From Squalus acanthias (taxonomy: Eukaryota): a stretch of DNA of 64,000 bases. The notes beneath the pieces were generated by a model. It was given only the letters and a program-made list of their open reading frames with translations. It was not told the origin of the DNA and did no database searches. Position numbers and translations under genes: made by a program. Each line of letters opens with the position of its first letter. Position 1 is the first letter of the stretch. Shown here in pieces: positions 1 through 13,359 of this stretch. The stretch is from positions 248,001 to 312,000 of the forward strand of contig CM059433.1 in assembly GCA_030390025.1 (NCBI GenBank), read 5' to 3'.

Positions 1-62
1 GTCTGGCTGCTATGTCCTTCAGGACTCAGCCAGCTCGGTCAATCATGGTACTACCGAGTCAC
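1..62 (-). mobile_element. Inverted 5' segment of LINE family B (endonuclease region)
   Basis: Reverse complement of the same family's sequence at ~26760-26826 (gagtggctcagtagcacc...ctgaaggacatggctgccagac). Confidence 0.8.
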
Positions 63-1088
63 TGAGGACACCCCTTCATCATGTTGTGTGCCCTTCCACT
101 GTGCTAAATGGGATAGATTAAGAACACATCTAGCAGCTCAAAACTGGGCATCCATGAGGCGCCATCAGCAGCAACAGAATTGTATTCCACCATAATCTGT
201 AAACTCATGGCCCGGCATATCCCTCATTCTACCATTACCATCAAACCAGCCCTGGTTCAATAAGGAGTGTTGAAGAGCATTCCAGGAGCTGCACCAGGTG
301 TATTTGAAAATCAGAAACCTACTTAGTGAAGCTACAACACAGGACTATATGCATGTTAAACAGCGGAGGCAGCGTGCTATAGACAGAGCTAAATGATCCC
401 ACACCCAATGGATCAGATCAAAGCTCTGCAGTCCTGTCACATCCAGTCGGGAATGGTGATGGACAATTAAACAAGTAACGGGAGGAGGAGGCTCCTTGAA
501 CATCCACATCCTCAATGATGGCGGAGCACAGCACGTGAGTGAAAAAGACAAGGCTGAAGCCTTCGCAACCATCTTCACTCACAAGTGCCAAGGGGATGAT
601 GCATCTCGGCCTGCTCCTGAGGTCCCACCATCACAGAAGCCAGTCTTCAGCCAATTCACTTCACTCCACGTGATATCAAGAACGGTAGAGCGCACTGGAT
701 ACAGCAAAGGCTATGGGTTCTGACATCATCGCGGCTGCAGAGCTGAAGACCTGTGTTCAGAACTAGCTGCACCACTATCCAAGCTGTTCCTGTTCTGGCA
801 TGTCCCCGACAAAGTGGTAAATTGGGCAGGTTTGTACAGTCCACAAAAAGCTGGACTAATCCAACAGCCCGTTACCATCCCATTAGCCATCTCTGCATCA
901 TCAGCAAAGTGATGGAAGCTGTCATCGACAATGCTATCAAGCGGCACTAACAAAGGCACAAATAACCAGCTCACGGATGACCAGTTTGGTTTCCGTCAGG
1001 ACCACTTGGCTCCTGACCGCATTACAGCCTTGGTCCAAACATGGACAAAAGAGCTGAATTCCAGAGGTGAGGTGAGAGTGACTGTCCT
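60..1088 (+). mobile_element. Degenerate non-LTR retrotransposon, family B (CR1/L2-group RT), part 1
   Basis: Frameshifted peptides NIHILNDGG..KAEAFATIF and YHPISHLCIISKVME resemble the LINE ORF2 linker and RT start; colinear with 26978-27180. Confidence 0.85.
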
Positions 1089-4000
1089 AGAAACATAGAA
1101 GATAGGAGCAGGAGTAGGCCATTCGGCCCTCGAGCCTGCTCCGCCATTTAATGAGATCATGGCTGATCATCCAAATTCAGTACCCTGTCCCTGCTTTCTC
1201 CCCATATCCCTTGATCCCTTTAGCCTTAAGAAATATATCGATCTCCTTCTTGAATATATTTAATGAATTGGCCTCAACTGCCTTCTGTGGTAGAGAATTC
1301 CACAGGTTCACCACTCTCTGGGTGAAGAAATTCCTCCTCATCTCTGTCCTAAATGGCTTACCCCTTATCCTTAGACTGTGACCCCTGGTTCTGAACTCCC
1401 CGACCATCGGGAACATCCTTCCTGCATCTAGTCTGTCTAGTCCTGTTAGAATTTTATAAGTTTCAATGAGATCCCCTCTCATTCTTCTAAACTCTAGTGA
1501 ATACAAGCCCAATTGTCCCAATCTCTCTTCATACGTCATTCCTGCCATCCCAGGTATCAGTCTGGTGAATCCTCGCTGCACTCCCTCCATGGCAAGAACA
1601 TCCTTCCTCAGATAAGGTGACCAAAACTGCACACAATACTCAAGGTGTGGTCTCACCAAGGCCCTGTACAACTGCAGCAAGACATCCTTGCCCCTGTACT
1701 CGAACCCTCTCGCTATGAAGGCCAATATACCATTTGCCTTCTTAACCGCCTGCTGCACCTGCATACTTACCTTCAACGACTGGTGCACAAGGACCCCCAG
1801 GTCTCGTTGCACTTCCCCTTTTCCCAATCTATTGCTGTTCAGATAATAATCTGCCTTCCTGTTTTTGCCACCAAAGTGGATAACCTCGCATTTATCCACA
1901 TTATACTGCATCTGCCATGCACCTGCCCAATCACCCAACTTGTCCAAATCATACTGGAGTTTCTCTGCATCCTCCTCACAACACACACACCCACCCAACT
2001 TTGTGTCGTCTGCAAACTTGGACATATTTATATCTAGTTCCCTGTAAGCTTCGCAAAATTCCCCAGAAACTCGTATAGAACCCTAAAAGGGGTGATTTTT
2101 GTACTGTTCCTACGAATTTGGGATGATGGGACATAAGTGAAGTGATTTGAGGTAAAAACCTCAGTTTAGGACATTAAAAAGATCAGGGAAGAAAAAAACC
2201 TGAGGAAAAATGACTTTTGAAAATGACTATGGAAAAAAAACCACCTTTGCGAAGGGGTGTGGCGAGGCAGTGGACAACTTTTGGGGTCAAGCTGTCTGGA
2301 ATTTGTTTGCACTGCAATCCAGGCAGGAGGAAGAACCTCACCCAAAACCTCACAACACATCCAAAATTGAATAATTCAAGACACCTTTTGAATATCCCCA
2401 GGCCCAAACAGGATGCCAGAAGCCTGTAAACAATAAAACATCTAGTACAGCCATTACTTCATCAAAAACCAATCAGCCAGGTATCTATAGGGAAAAGATT
2501 TGGCATGTAGATAAAGGCCCTGCCTAAATGGGAGACATCGGAAGCCATCAGGACAATTTAACACCAAGTTAAAACCATCAAAACTTAACAAGCCCGCAAA
2601 ACTAAGACAATGGAATGAACAGGCCTCAACTGAAACCTAAATCACTTCAACACGAAACCGATTTAGGAAAGGGGTTTTGGCGCGAAAAAGACAAAGGGTC
2701 TGAACAGTATAATTGAGGGCCTAATTCCCCCAAGAAAGTCTTTCTCAGCTCTGTTCCAGTTGCAGCAAGTTCCAGCAAGACACTACCAGCCACATGACAC
2801 GAGCAGGAGGTGGAGAGAAGCAGCAAGGCCCCGGGGCAGACCCGGGGCAAGATCGGAGGCAAGGACAGACTAGGCCAGGCAAGGGCTAGAGCTGAGGCCA
2901 CTGGGAGCGAGTCGGCATCGCTCAGCACACGGTCTAGCACTAGCAGCCACTAGCCAAGGTCACTGGAGGCTGGGAGCGAGTCGGCATCGCTCAACCCACG
3001 GTCCAGCCCCAGAAGGTACCGCCCCGACAAGCCTCCAACGCAACAAAACTCGACGACCAGACCACCATCGCAGATTTCACAGACTGGTACCACGTGGGGA
3101 CGGCAGGCCCCAAAGGACAAAAAGAGAGTACCTCAAAATCGCAATCAACTTACCTGGCTGGATTTCGCACTGTCAAAACCCCTGTTTGGTGAGCATTATC
3201 CCTGATCTCCTGAAACCAAGACCGAGCTAGATAGTGGGACTTTTGGGAGGGATAAGGGTTTTTGTATATTGTATTTCTCCCTCACCTGCACCGTGTGTTC
3301 CCCAACCTGTTTAAGTGTTAAGTGTGTTTTAAGTTTGTTACCTTTTCTTTTAATAAAAGTCAAAATTCTTTCATCGGAACCTGTTGTCTACTGCATCTTT
3401 GTTCACAACCCCCAAATAAGTCCAAGGTCCAGAACTAGGGGCATGGGAGCGATTCGTACCGCTCGCTGAGTTAGAGGTGAGGCTGACCCCTACCACACCA
3501 CCCCCTACACCCTCGTCTAGATCATTAATATATACTGTGAATAACTGGGGTCCTAGCACCGATCCCTGCGGTACCGCACTTGTCACTGCCTGCCACTCGG
3601 AAAAAGACCCGTTTATTCCAACTCTTTGCTTCCTGTCTGCCAACCAGTTCTCTATCCAAGTCAGTACCTTACCCCCACAATCCCATGTGCTTTAACTTTG
3701 CACGCCAATCTCTTATGCGGGACCTTATCGAAAGCCTTCTGAAAGTCCAAATACACCACATCCACTGGTTCTCCCTTATCTATTCTACCAGTTACATCCT
3801 CAAAAAATTCCAGTAGATTAGTCAAGCATGATTTACCTTTTGTAAATCCATGTTGACTTTGTCCGATCCTGTCACTGTTTTCCAAGTGCTCTGCTGTTAC
3901 ATCTTTTAGAATGGACTCTAGCATTTTTCCCACTACTGATGTCAGGCTTACCGGTCTATAATTCCCCGTTTTCTCTCTGCCACCTTTTTTAAATAGTGGG

Positions 4001-4790
4001 GTTACATTAGCTACCCTCCAATCCATGGGAACTGTTCCAGAGTCTATAGAATTTTGGAAGATGACCAGCAATGCATCTACTATTTCTAGGGCCACTTCCT
4101 TAAGTATCCTAGGATGTAGATTATCAGGCCCTGGGGATTTATCGGCCTTCAATCCCGTCAATTTCCCTAACACCATTTCCCTACAAATACTGATTTCATT
4201 CAGTTCTTCCCTCTCATTAGACCCTATGTTCCCCGACATCTCTGGGAGGTTATTTGTGTCCTCCTTTGTGAAGACAGAACCAAAGTATGCATTTAATTGG
4301 TCTGCCATTTCTTTGTTCCCCATTATAAATTCCCCTGATTCTGACTGCAAGGGACCTACACTTGACTTCACCAATCTTTTTCTCTTCACATATCTATAGA
4401 AGCTTTTACAGTCAGTTTTTATGTTCCCTGAAAGCTTACTCTCATACTCTATTTTCCCCCTCTTAATTAATCCCTTTGTCCTCCTTTGCTGAATCCTAAA
4501 CTGCTCCCAATCCTCAGGTTTGCTGCTTTTTCTGACCAATTTATATGCCCTCTCCTTGGATCTTATGCTATCCCTAATTTCCCTTGTTAGCCACGGTCGA
4601 GTCACCTTTTTTGTTTTATTTTTATACCAAACAGGGATGAACAAATTCTGTAGTTTATCCATGCGATCTTTAAATGTTTGCCATTGCCTATCCACCGTCA
4701 ACCCTTTAAGTAACGTTCCCCAATCCATCCTAGCCAATTTGCGCCTCATACCATCGTAGTTTCCTTTATTTAAATTCAGGACCCTAGTCT
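1089..4790 (-). mobile_element. CR1 LINE (HER1-like), 5'-truncated ORF2, interrupted by a solo LTR
   Basis: ORFs 3661-4749 (KSPGPD, NYRPVSLTS, LDFQKAFD), 3371-3643 (VPQGSVLGP) and 1177-2025 (KFADDTK, RPHLEYC). 3' UTR and ATGTTTCT tail at ~1089-1100. Confidence 0.95.
2043..3509 (+). mobile_element. Probable solo LTR (Gypsy/ERV type), 1467 bp
   Basis: TGTA...TACA ends. Splits the CR1 sequence agttccc|tcgtctag with CCC(T) duplicated. AATAAA at 3352; TATA-like site at ~2708; no long ORF. Confidence 0.75.
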
Positions 4791-4794
4791 GATT

Positions 4795-7078
4795 CCTTCA
4801 CAACCATCTTCAGCCACAAGTGCCAAGTGGACGATGCATCTCGGCCTGCTCCTGAGGTCACCCCCATCACAGAAGCCAGTCTTCAGCCAATTTGCTTCAC
4901 GCCACGTGATATCAAGAATGGTAGAGCGCACTGGATACAGCAAAGGCTATGGGCCCCGGCAACATCCCGGCTGCAGAACTGAAGACCTGTGCTCCAGAAC
5001 TAGCTGCACCTCTAGCCAAGCTGCTCCAGTACTGGCATCTACCCGACAAAGTGGTAAATTGGCCAGGTATGTCCAGTCCGGAAAAAGCTGGACTAATCCA
5101 ACAGCCAGTTACCACCCCATCAGCCATCTCTCCATCATTAGCAAAGTGATGGAAGCTGTCATTGACAATGCTATCAAGCGGCACTTACGCTCAAATAACC
5201 TGCTCACCGCTGCCCAGTTTGGTTTCCGCCAGGACCACTTGAAACATAGAAAGAAACAAAGAAAAATAGCAGCAGGAGTAGGCCATTCGGCCCTTCGAGC
5301 CTGCTCCGCCATTCAATATGATCATGGCTGATCCTCTATCTCAATACCATATTACCGCTCTCTCCCCATACCCCTTGATGCCTTTTGTGTCTAGAAATCT
5401 ATCTATCACCTTCTTAAATATATTCAGTGACTTGGCCTCCACAGCCTTCTGTGGTAGAGAATTCCACAGGTTCACCACCCTCTGAGTGAAGAAATTTCTC
5501 TTCATCTCAGTCCTAAATGTACTACCCCGTATCCTGAGACTGTGACCCCTCGTTCTAGACCCCCCAGCCAGGGGAAACATCCTCCCTGCATCCAGTCTGT
5601 CTAGCCCTGTCAGAATTTTATACGTTTCAATGAGATCCCCTCTCATTCTTCTAAACTCTAGTGAATACAGGCCTAGTCGACCCAATCTCTCCTCATATGA
5701 CAACCCTGTCATCCCAGGAATCAGTCTGGTGAACCTTCGCTGCACTCCCGCTATGGCAAGTATATCCTTTCTTAGGTAAGGAGACCAAAACTGCACACAG
5801 TACTCCAGGTGTGGTCTCACCAAGGCCCTGTACAACTGTAGTAAGACATCCTTGCTCCTGTACTCAAATCCTCTTGCAATGAAGGCCAACACTTGGCTCC
5901 TGACCTCATTACAGCCTTGGTCCAAACATGGACAAAAGAGCTGAATTCCAGAGGTGAGGTGAGAGTGACTGTCCTCGACATCAAGGCAGCATTTGACCGA
6001 GTGTGGCACCAAGGAGCCCTAGCAAAACTGAAGTCAATGGGGATCGGGGGAAAACTCTCCACTGGATGGTGTCATATCTAGCACAAGGAAGATGGTTATG
6101 GTTATTGGAGGCCAATCATCTCAGCACCAGGTCATCGCTGCAGCAGTTACTCAGGACCTTGTCCTAGGCCCAACATCTTCAACTGCTTTATTAATGACCT
6201 TCAGAAGTGGGGATGTTCGCTGCTGATTGCACATTGTCAAGTTACATTCGCAATTCATCAGATAATGAGGCAGTCTGTGTCCACATGCAGCAAGACCTGG
6301 ATAGCATGCAGGTTGGGGATGATAAGTGGCAAGTAACATTTGTGCCACACAAGTGCCAGACAATGACCATCTCCAACAAGAGAGAGTCTAACCACCTCCC
6401 CATGACGTTCAATGGCATAACCATCGTTGAATCCCCCACCATCAAAATCCTGGGGTTCACCATTGACCAGAAACTTAACTAGACTCTCCACATAAATGCT
6501 GTGGCTGCAAGAACTAGATGGACGCTGGGTACTTAGCGGCGAGTGACTCACCTCCTGACTCCCCAAACCTTTCCACCATCTACAAAGCACAAGTCAGGAG
6601 TGTGATGGAATATTCTCCATGTCCCTGGATGAGTGCAGCTCCAACAACACTCAAAAACCTCAACACCATCCAGGACAAAGCAGCCTGCTTGATTGGCATC
6701 CCATCCACCACCTTAAACATTTACTGCCTCCACCATGGCACACCATGGTTGCAGTGTGTTCAATCTACAAGATGCACTGCAGCAACTCACCAAGGCTTCC
6801 ACGATAGCACCTCCCAAATCTGCGACCTCTACCACCTCAAAAGACAAGGGCGGCAGGCGCATGGGAACACCACTACCACCAAGTTCCCCTCCAAGTCTCA
6901 CAGAATTCTGGAACTCCCTACCTAACAGCACTATGGGAGTCCCTTCACAACATGGACTGCAGCGGTTCAAGAAGGTGGCTCACCACCACCTTCTCAAGGG
7001 AAACTAGGGATGGGCAATAAATGCTGGCCTTGCGAGTGATGCCCACATCCCGACAATGAATAAATTAAATTTAAAAAC
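4795..7078 (+). mobile_element. Degenerate LINE family B, RT through 3' end (interrupted by CR1 5242-5889)
   Basis: LDIKAAFDRVWH, MFAADCTL (FADD-like) and IYKAQVRSVMEYS. 3' hairpin GGGATGGGC..GCCCACATCCC followed by an A-rich tail. Confidence 0.88.
5242..5889 (-). mobile_element. CR1 LINE 3' fragment
   Basis: ORF 5341-6012 is the CR1 C-terminus. Target-site duplication CACTTG at 5236-5241 and 5890-5895. Confidence 0.93.
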
Positions 7079-10000
7079 TTGTGTTTTATATATTGTGTTT
7101 CTTGTTTTTCTTAATTGTAACTTAATTTTGCTTTAACCTTTTCCTGTTCTCGTGTCCTCTTTTTCTATTTACTTTTTTAGCCTCCACAGTCATTCTATTC
7201 CTAAGTCCCAGAGATTTGTTCCAACAAATTTGCCTTTGGCCTCAATCATGCTCTGCTGCTACTGGGTCTGGGCCCTACACCTGGGTTCACAATTACAAAA
7301 AATAGACTGCAGGAAAGTCTGCCAACTAAGGAAAGGAATCAAAGGAAGACCAGTAAGGTCAACCCGAGTTTTTGATGCAGGAGATGGTAAAGGGATGTTG
7401 TGCTGCTGATGGGAGAAAAAGACCCAAGGACAGTGTTGGTGCCATTAGAGCGGATCCTCCTCCCACTCATGAAGTGCCAGAGACTGGATTCTACATCAGT
7501 CAGATGAAGCTTTCCATGGCTATGGAGATGTCATCTAAGTACTTCAGAGGGACAGGGCCTTGTGTCCCCAATCTGGCCCAACATTAACAGGAATGGTGAC
7601 TAAGGGAGCCAGAAGTTACCACTTGTGTCTCCCAAGAGTTATGGGTGAGGTAAAAGAGGAGAAAATAATCTCTATAAATTTCCCCTCTGATTCAGCGTTG
7701 GCCAGTGTCTGTACGTTGGTCAGCTCTGTACCATCAGCCTCTGGAGAGGAAACATAACAATAAACTGAATTTAAACACATTGGACGTTAGAAACAAATGG
7801 TGAGATTCACTGTAAGCCCAGCTAATGGGGCCAACCCACTCCATAATCAGCAGTGGGAAAGTGTCTGAAAGTGGGAAATGTTGATCCTATTCAGTCCATG
7901 GCACAGCACATTAGTGCTTCAATGTCCCGGTTATTACAGATTAGAACCTTCCTTCCTTTTTTTTTTCCTTCCTTCCTGCAGGATTAAATTGAATCTGTCT
8001 ATAATTCAGATCTTCCCATTGATCAATACTTCAGTGCTATTTGTCTTTGTCCTGTTTGGTTTCCAATACCTTTGTAACAGGCCTCAATATGTGTTAATCT
8101 GGAATTGACTGTTACTCCTCTTGAGCGGCAGGCACTCAGGATTAATTGTGGACAACAAACATTTCTGACACATGTATCTGGGGTGAATACGCCATGATCT
8201 GAGGAACCTCATTTTGTTCAGAATCCAGTTCCTCAAAGCTTTACATTTTCTGATTCTTTCCTTCACCATCTCTTGTGTCGAGTGACTGACTGTCTTTTGC
8301 AGCAGAGCTGCCGTTGCCTCCCTCCACAGGGGAACTCCAGCATTTCTCGATCTGTCACAGCACAGCAACAGGTGTGGGCAAGATGGATGTTGATGAGTGT
8401 GGCTGCACATGTCCTACCTCTTTGGTGTCACTCTCTTGTCACATGTCCAGTACTGGAAATGCGCTGTCAGGAAATGCAGGACATCTGAAGGACAGTCCTG
8501 GTCTTCAAAGCTGAGCTGAAATAAAATAATTGAAGAGGTCAAAGGTGGGAAATTCCTTAGGCTTGACGTCACACACCTGCAATATTCCAACTGTAACCAC
8601 AAGAAAATGATAAAGTAGGATGGGCGCGGACAGGGGTTCATCTCTAAAGGTTGCTAATGTAGCTGCAGAGATAGTGTCGCACCATCTCAGGGTCAGCTCC
8701 TGTGTTTGGGATGTTTTGTGCTCTCGCGCTGATCTCTGTGAGTATGCGGAAAGTATCTGAGTTCAAGCCCATGCTGGGTATATGAAAGAAAGTCAATCAG
8801 TCAGTCTCAGTTAGATATAGAGTAAAGTTCCTTCTACAGTGTCCCATTAAACACTCCCAGGCCTGGTATAGCGCTGCTTAGATACAGAGTAAAGCCTCCC
8901 ACTTTACATTACCATCTAACACTCCCAGGCCAGGTACAGTACAACTTAGATGAAGTGTAAAGCTCTCTCTAAATTGGTTGATCACACACAGCCAACTCAG
9001 ATCCAGCATGTTTTAAATTCAGCGTACAGCTCCTCTGACACTACCCAATGAAGCACAACAGCTCAGGTACAGCATGGGATGAACTTAGAATAAAAATCCC
9101 ACTACATGTAAGTGTCAAGCAGTCCCAGGTATGGGCTAGCTTTACATACAAGTTGAGCTCTGTTGTACTAGTCGCATCAAAGGCAGTCCCTTATGGCATT
9201 TGTCGAAGAAGCACCCAGTAGATGGTTAGACTCTCACCTTGGCAAAATCCTGGACTGATGGGATCCTCAGTAAAGTTCCTCACCTTTACAATCATTCTTG
9301 GGGCTTCTTGTTTCATCCCGTCTTTGACATTGAGGGTCTTGGTCCCACCAGATCTGCTCTGTGAATCCAGCGACATTTCTCCAGTCCCAGTTAGTGTGAT
9401 GATGGTTCGGCTCCACTCTCTCCCACCCTCCTGAGATACTCTTCACTACATGAAACATTTAATATAAAAATTAATATTAAATCTAGAATCTGTAATTGGA
9501 ATACATTCGGTCTATTTTTGTGACTATGATTATATTTACTTTGAATATGTTTGTAATTAATGACATTTGGTTGAATTACTTACCTTAATATTAAATTGTT
9601 CTATTATTTCCCCTATTTATAAGGACTAAACTCACTGGCAGTGTCAGCTGCCAAGTCCAGCTCCTCTCACAGTGACTCCCACTGATGCTGTGTAACCAGG
9701 GGCGTAAACCCGAAGGAGCCAGGAAACATGTCAAAAAGCAGCCCAAGCCCCTCCCACTCAAGGTATTACAGGGTCACATGACCAGGCTGTGCTCCTGGTG
9801 TGCAGTCTCACTGGGCATGAACGCAGGTTGTACAAACAGTCCCGTCTCCAACCCAATCCCATGTACAAAGACTCCAAGCAGGGAGCACAGACTCCCAAAA
9901 TTACCACTGATAAATTATCCCTCCCATCTTCCAAATGTGAGGTCCCACTATTCAATGGCCCCCATGTCTACCTCTTGCTTTATACACCAGAAAGTTTCCC

Positions 10001-11019
10001 TTCTCTTTATATCAGCCAGTGTGTCTCCCTCCTGCTTTGGCAGAGTGAGGCAGTTTGTGGGAATGGTGTTTGGGATGGGGCAATGATATTACAACCTCCT
10101 TTGTGCTCTGAAACAAGTCTATTCCCTGTAACAGGAAGGGCGTCATAGGCAATAAGTGGAGGGATCTTCAGGGGTATCAAGTGGTGGGATCATCAAAGGA
10201 TTACTTGGAGGGTGCATCATGGAGAATAATGGGGTAAAGCTCCCTCTGTACTATCCCATAAGACACTCCCAGGCCAGGTACAGCACAGTTTAGGTACAGA
10301 GTATAGCTCCCTCTACACTGTCTGATCAAACACTCCCTGGGCAGGCAGAGCATGGGTTAGATACAGAGTAAAGCTTGATCTACACTATCCCATCAAACAC
10401 TCCCAGGGGCAGGTGCAGCATGTGGTTATATAGTGAGTAATGCTCCATCTACACTTTCCCATGAAACACTCCCAGGGCAGGCTGAGCACGGGTTAGATAC
10501 AGAGTGAAGCTCTCTCTAAATTGGTTCACCAAACACAGCCAACTCAGATCCAGCATGTGTTAACTGCTACGTGCAGCTCCTCTGAAACTATCCAATGAAG
10601 CACACCAGCTCAGGTACTGCACTGTAAGAACACAGAATAAAACTTCCTCTACATGTAAGTGTCAAGCACTCCCAGGTGAGGTATTGGCTAGCTTTACATT
10701 CGAGTTAAATTCAGGTCAACTTGTCGCAGCAAAGGCTGAGCCTTATGGCAGCTGTCAGACAGCTCCCAGCAGCTGGTTAGACTCTCACCTCTGGGGTTCT
10801 TGTTCCCACCAGATCTTCTCTGTGAATCCAGCGACCTTTTCCAGTCCCAGTAAGTGTGACGATGATTCGACTCCTCTCTCTCCACCTTCCAGAGATACTG
10901 TTCATGCCAAGAATCTTCGAATCTAAAAATGAATATTAATTCTAGAATTTAAGTGGAATACAATTGGACTATTTTTGTTACTATGATTATATTTAATGTG
11001 AATATATTTGTAATTAATG

Positions 11020-11150
11020 TCTTTCAAAAGGGAATTGGATAAGTATCTGAAGGAAAAAATTTGCAGGCTAGGGGAAAGGGCGAGGGAGTGGGACAGGCTC
11101 GATGGGCTGAATGGCCTCCTTCTGTACTGTAACCATACTATGATTGTATG
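11020..11150 (+). mobile_element. Short CR1 3' fragment
   Basis: Matches 52852-53012; absent from the paralogous unit at ~9560. Confidence 0.8.
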
Positions 11151-11226
11151 ACATTTGGTTGAATTACTTACCTTAATATTAAATTTATAGGGACTTAACT
11201 CGCTCACAGTGTCAGCTGCCAAGTGC

Positions 11227-12925
11227 TGTAGAATTCGCAATATATCGCGATTTTATAAATAAGGAGAAAAACACATAGTTTCGTTCAAACAGCTTTTATT
11301 TCAGCAGAATGCTGTCAGGTTTTCAAAGTGGACACAAGCAGCTTGTAAAATGGCCGCCACGCCTCGTGGCAGAACATTCTAGACTTTTCGACGGGCAGAC
11401 AAGATGGCGTTCCAATAAACATTTGTGCAAAATCGATCAAGACTCAGCACATTTAAGATAATACACGAGACATTATGGGTTTGCAGTATACACATAAATA
11501 CTGAAATCGGTCTCCCAGGTGCGAATAAGGGCTATTGTACCAAGTAATCAAGAACCCATCCAAAGACATTAATATGCAAAATCCCAACGACTCTACGATG
11601 AGAGAGCCGTTAGCGGGTAGTTACAGAAAACATTTGGAAGCCCCAAAACCCCTCCAGGGAGAACACCGACCGATTAAACAATGGGAGAAATATTAACAGG
11701 TACTCAGACAGTTACGAGTATCCCCGAAACCCATTAAAACGGAGATCACCCTATACAAGAAATTTGAGCGCCAAACCCTAACAAAAGAAAAGACATTAAG
11801 GTTGGGCGGGAGAAGGAAGATTTTGCACTATAACTGCAAGCTCCAACCGTCCATCTTTCTCTTATCCTGCTGGCGTTTATCCTCGTGGCTGCTCCTGTTG
11901 CTCTTATCCTTTCGACTCCTTGCCGCCTGCCTCGTGTCTCTGCCTCTTGCAGCTTTTAAAGACTGTTGAACTTTACGATCCGCTCGGATCTACCTCGTGG
12001 TGTGCCGCGAAGATCTGTGTGGAACTGGGCTCTGAAGCCTTGAAGCGGGCGCACCATCCCGAGAAGTCGGTAAACGGTGTTGGAACCGAAGGCCCGAGAT
12101 GAGATGAGATGAGATGAGATGAGAAGAGAAGAAGACCATACGTATCGCCACGGTCAGTAAGCTCCGACCGCGCCTGTAGGTCGAATAGACACCTTCCTTG
12201 CCCAGGAAGACTTTCTTTTGAGTTTTATAGAACTGGCACAGGAAGACTATTCTTCGAATTTTATCAGGGCGAGGGCAAAGGAAGACTCTTCTTTGAGCAG
12301 TGTCGGAACTCCGAGGACAACACAGATCTTCATGACAGCAGACGGTCCAGCCTGCTAGCCGGAGCAGAAACGAGTAAACAAGTGGGGTACAGAGACCCCT
12401 GATCGACACGTGGGTGCTGCGGTGAAAAACATCCGATCAGAGTTTTCGGAATTCTCCGAGTTATCACGAGTGGTGAGCATGAGTCTCGATCCTACAAATC
12501 TAGATTAGTGTAGGTATTAATAGGGGAGGGTCTAAGTTTTAAGGATAATTGTAATGTGTGCCCCCATTTACAATGTGTCGTTCGTTCCTCGTTTCCCTGA
12601 AATTAGTTACATAACTGCGTGTAAGATTGTACTGTCATTAATCTGTGCTTATGACATGTATTTCGTAATCTTAAATAATATGCAATAAAGATTTTCCATT
12701 TCGTACCATTCAACCGGGTCTACCTGAGTTTTCTCTCCATTACTGCTCTCGCATCTAAGTCCAGTGTCAGAACCGTAAGGGCGAGTGGGTCGAACCACTC
12801 ACAGGTGTCTAGTGCTCCCAGACTGGCTGGAGACCAGAACAGGCAACAAGGCCTAAACCCGCACTAGCATCCAGGCTGCACAGAGCCACACGAATCTCAC
12901 AGGTTCAGAGAGAAAAACCCTTACA
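11227..12925 (+). mobile_element. Solo LTR, 1699 bp
   Basis: TGTA...TACA ends; 4-bp TSD GTGC (11223-11226, 12926-12929); empty site visible in the paralogous unit at ~9650; AATAAA at ~12684; contains (GAGAT)n at 12096-12122. Confidence 0.88.
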
Positions 12926-13359
12926 GTGCAGCTCCTCCCACAGTGACTCCCACTGATGCTGTGTAACCAGGGGCGTAAACCTGTCTCCAGGTGACATCAC
13001 AAAGGAGCCAGGAAACAAATAGAGAGGCAGTTTGTGGAAATGGTGTTTGGGATGAGGCAAGGATATCACAACCTCCTTTGTGCTCCGAAACAAGTCTATT
13101 CCCTGTAACAGGAATAGTGTCAGAAGCAATAAGTGGAGGGATCTTCAGGGTATCAAAGAGAGGGACCATCGGAGCATTAATTGGAGGGTGCATCATGGGT
13201 AATAATGGGGTAAAGCACCCTCTGTACTAGCCCATCAAACACTCCCAGGCCTGGTACAGCATGGGTTAGATACAGAGTAAAGCTCCCTCTACACTGTCCC
13301 TTCAAACACTCCAAGGCCAGCTACAGCACGGGTTAGATACAGAGTAAAGCTCCCCTACA

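Noticed and set aside
7300..8520. Possible old transposon or exon remnants
   Set aside because: Only vague resemblance (RSWRIHPRY); no termini or catalytic motifs found.
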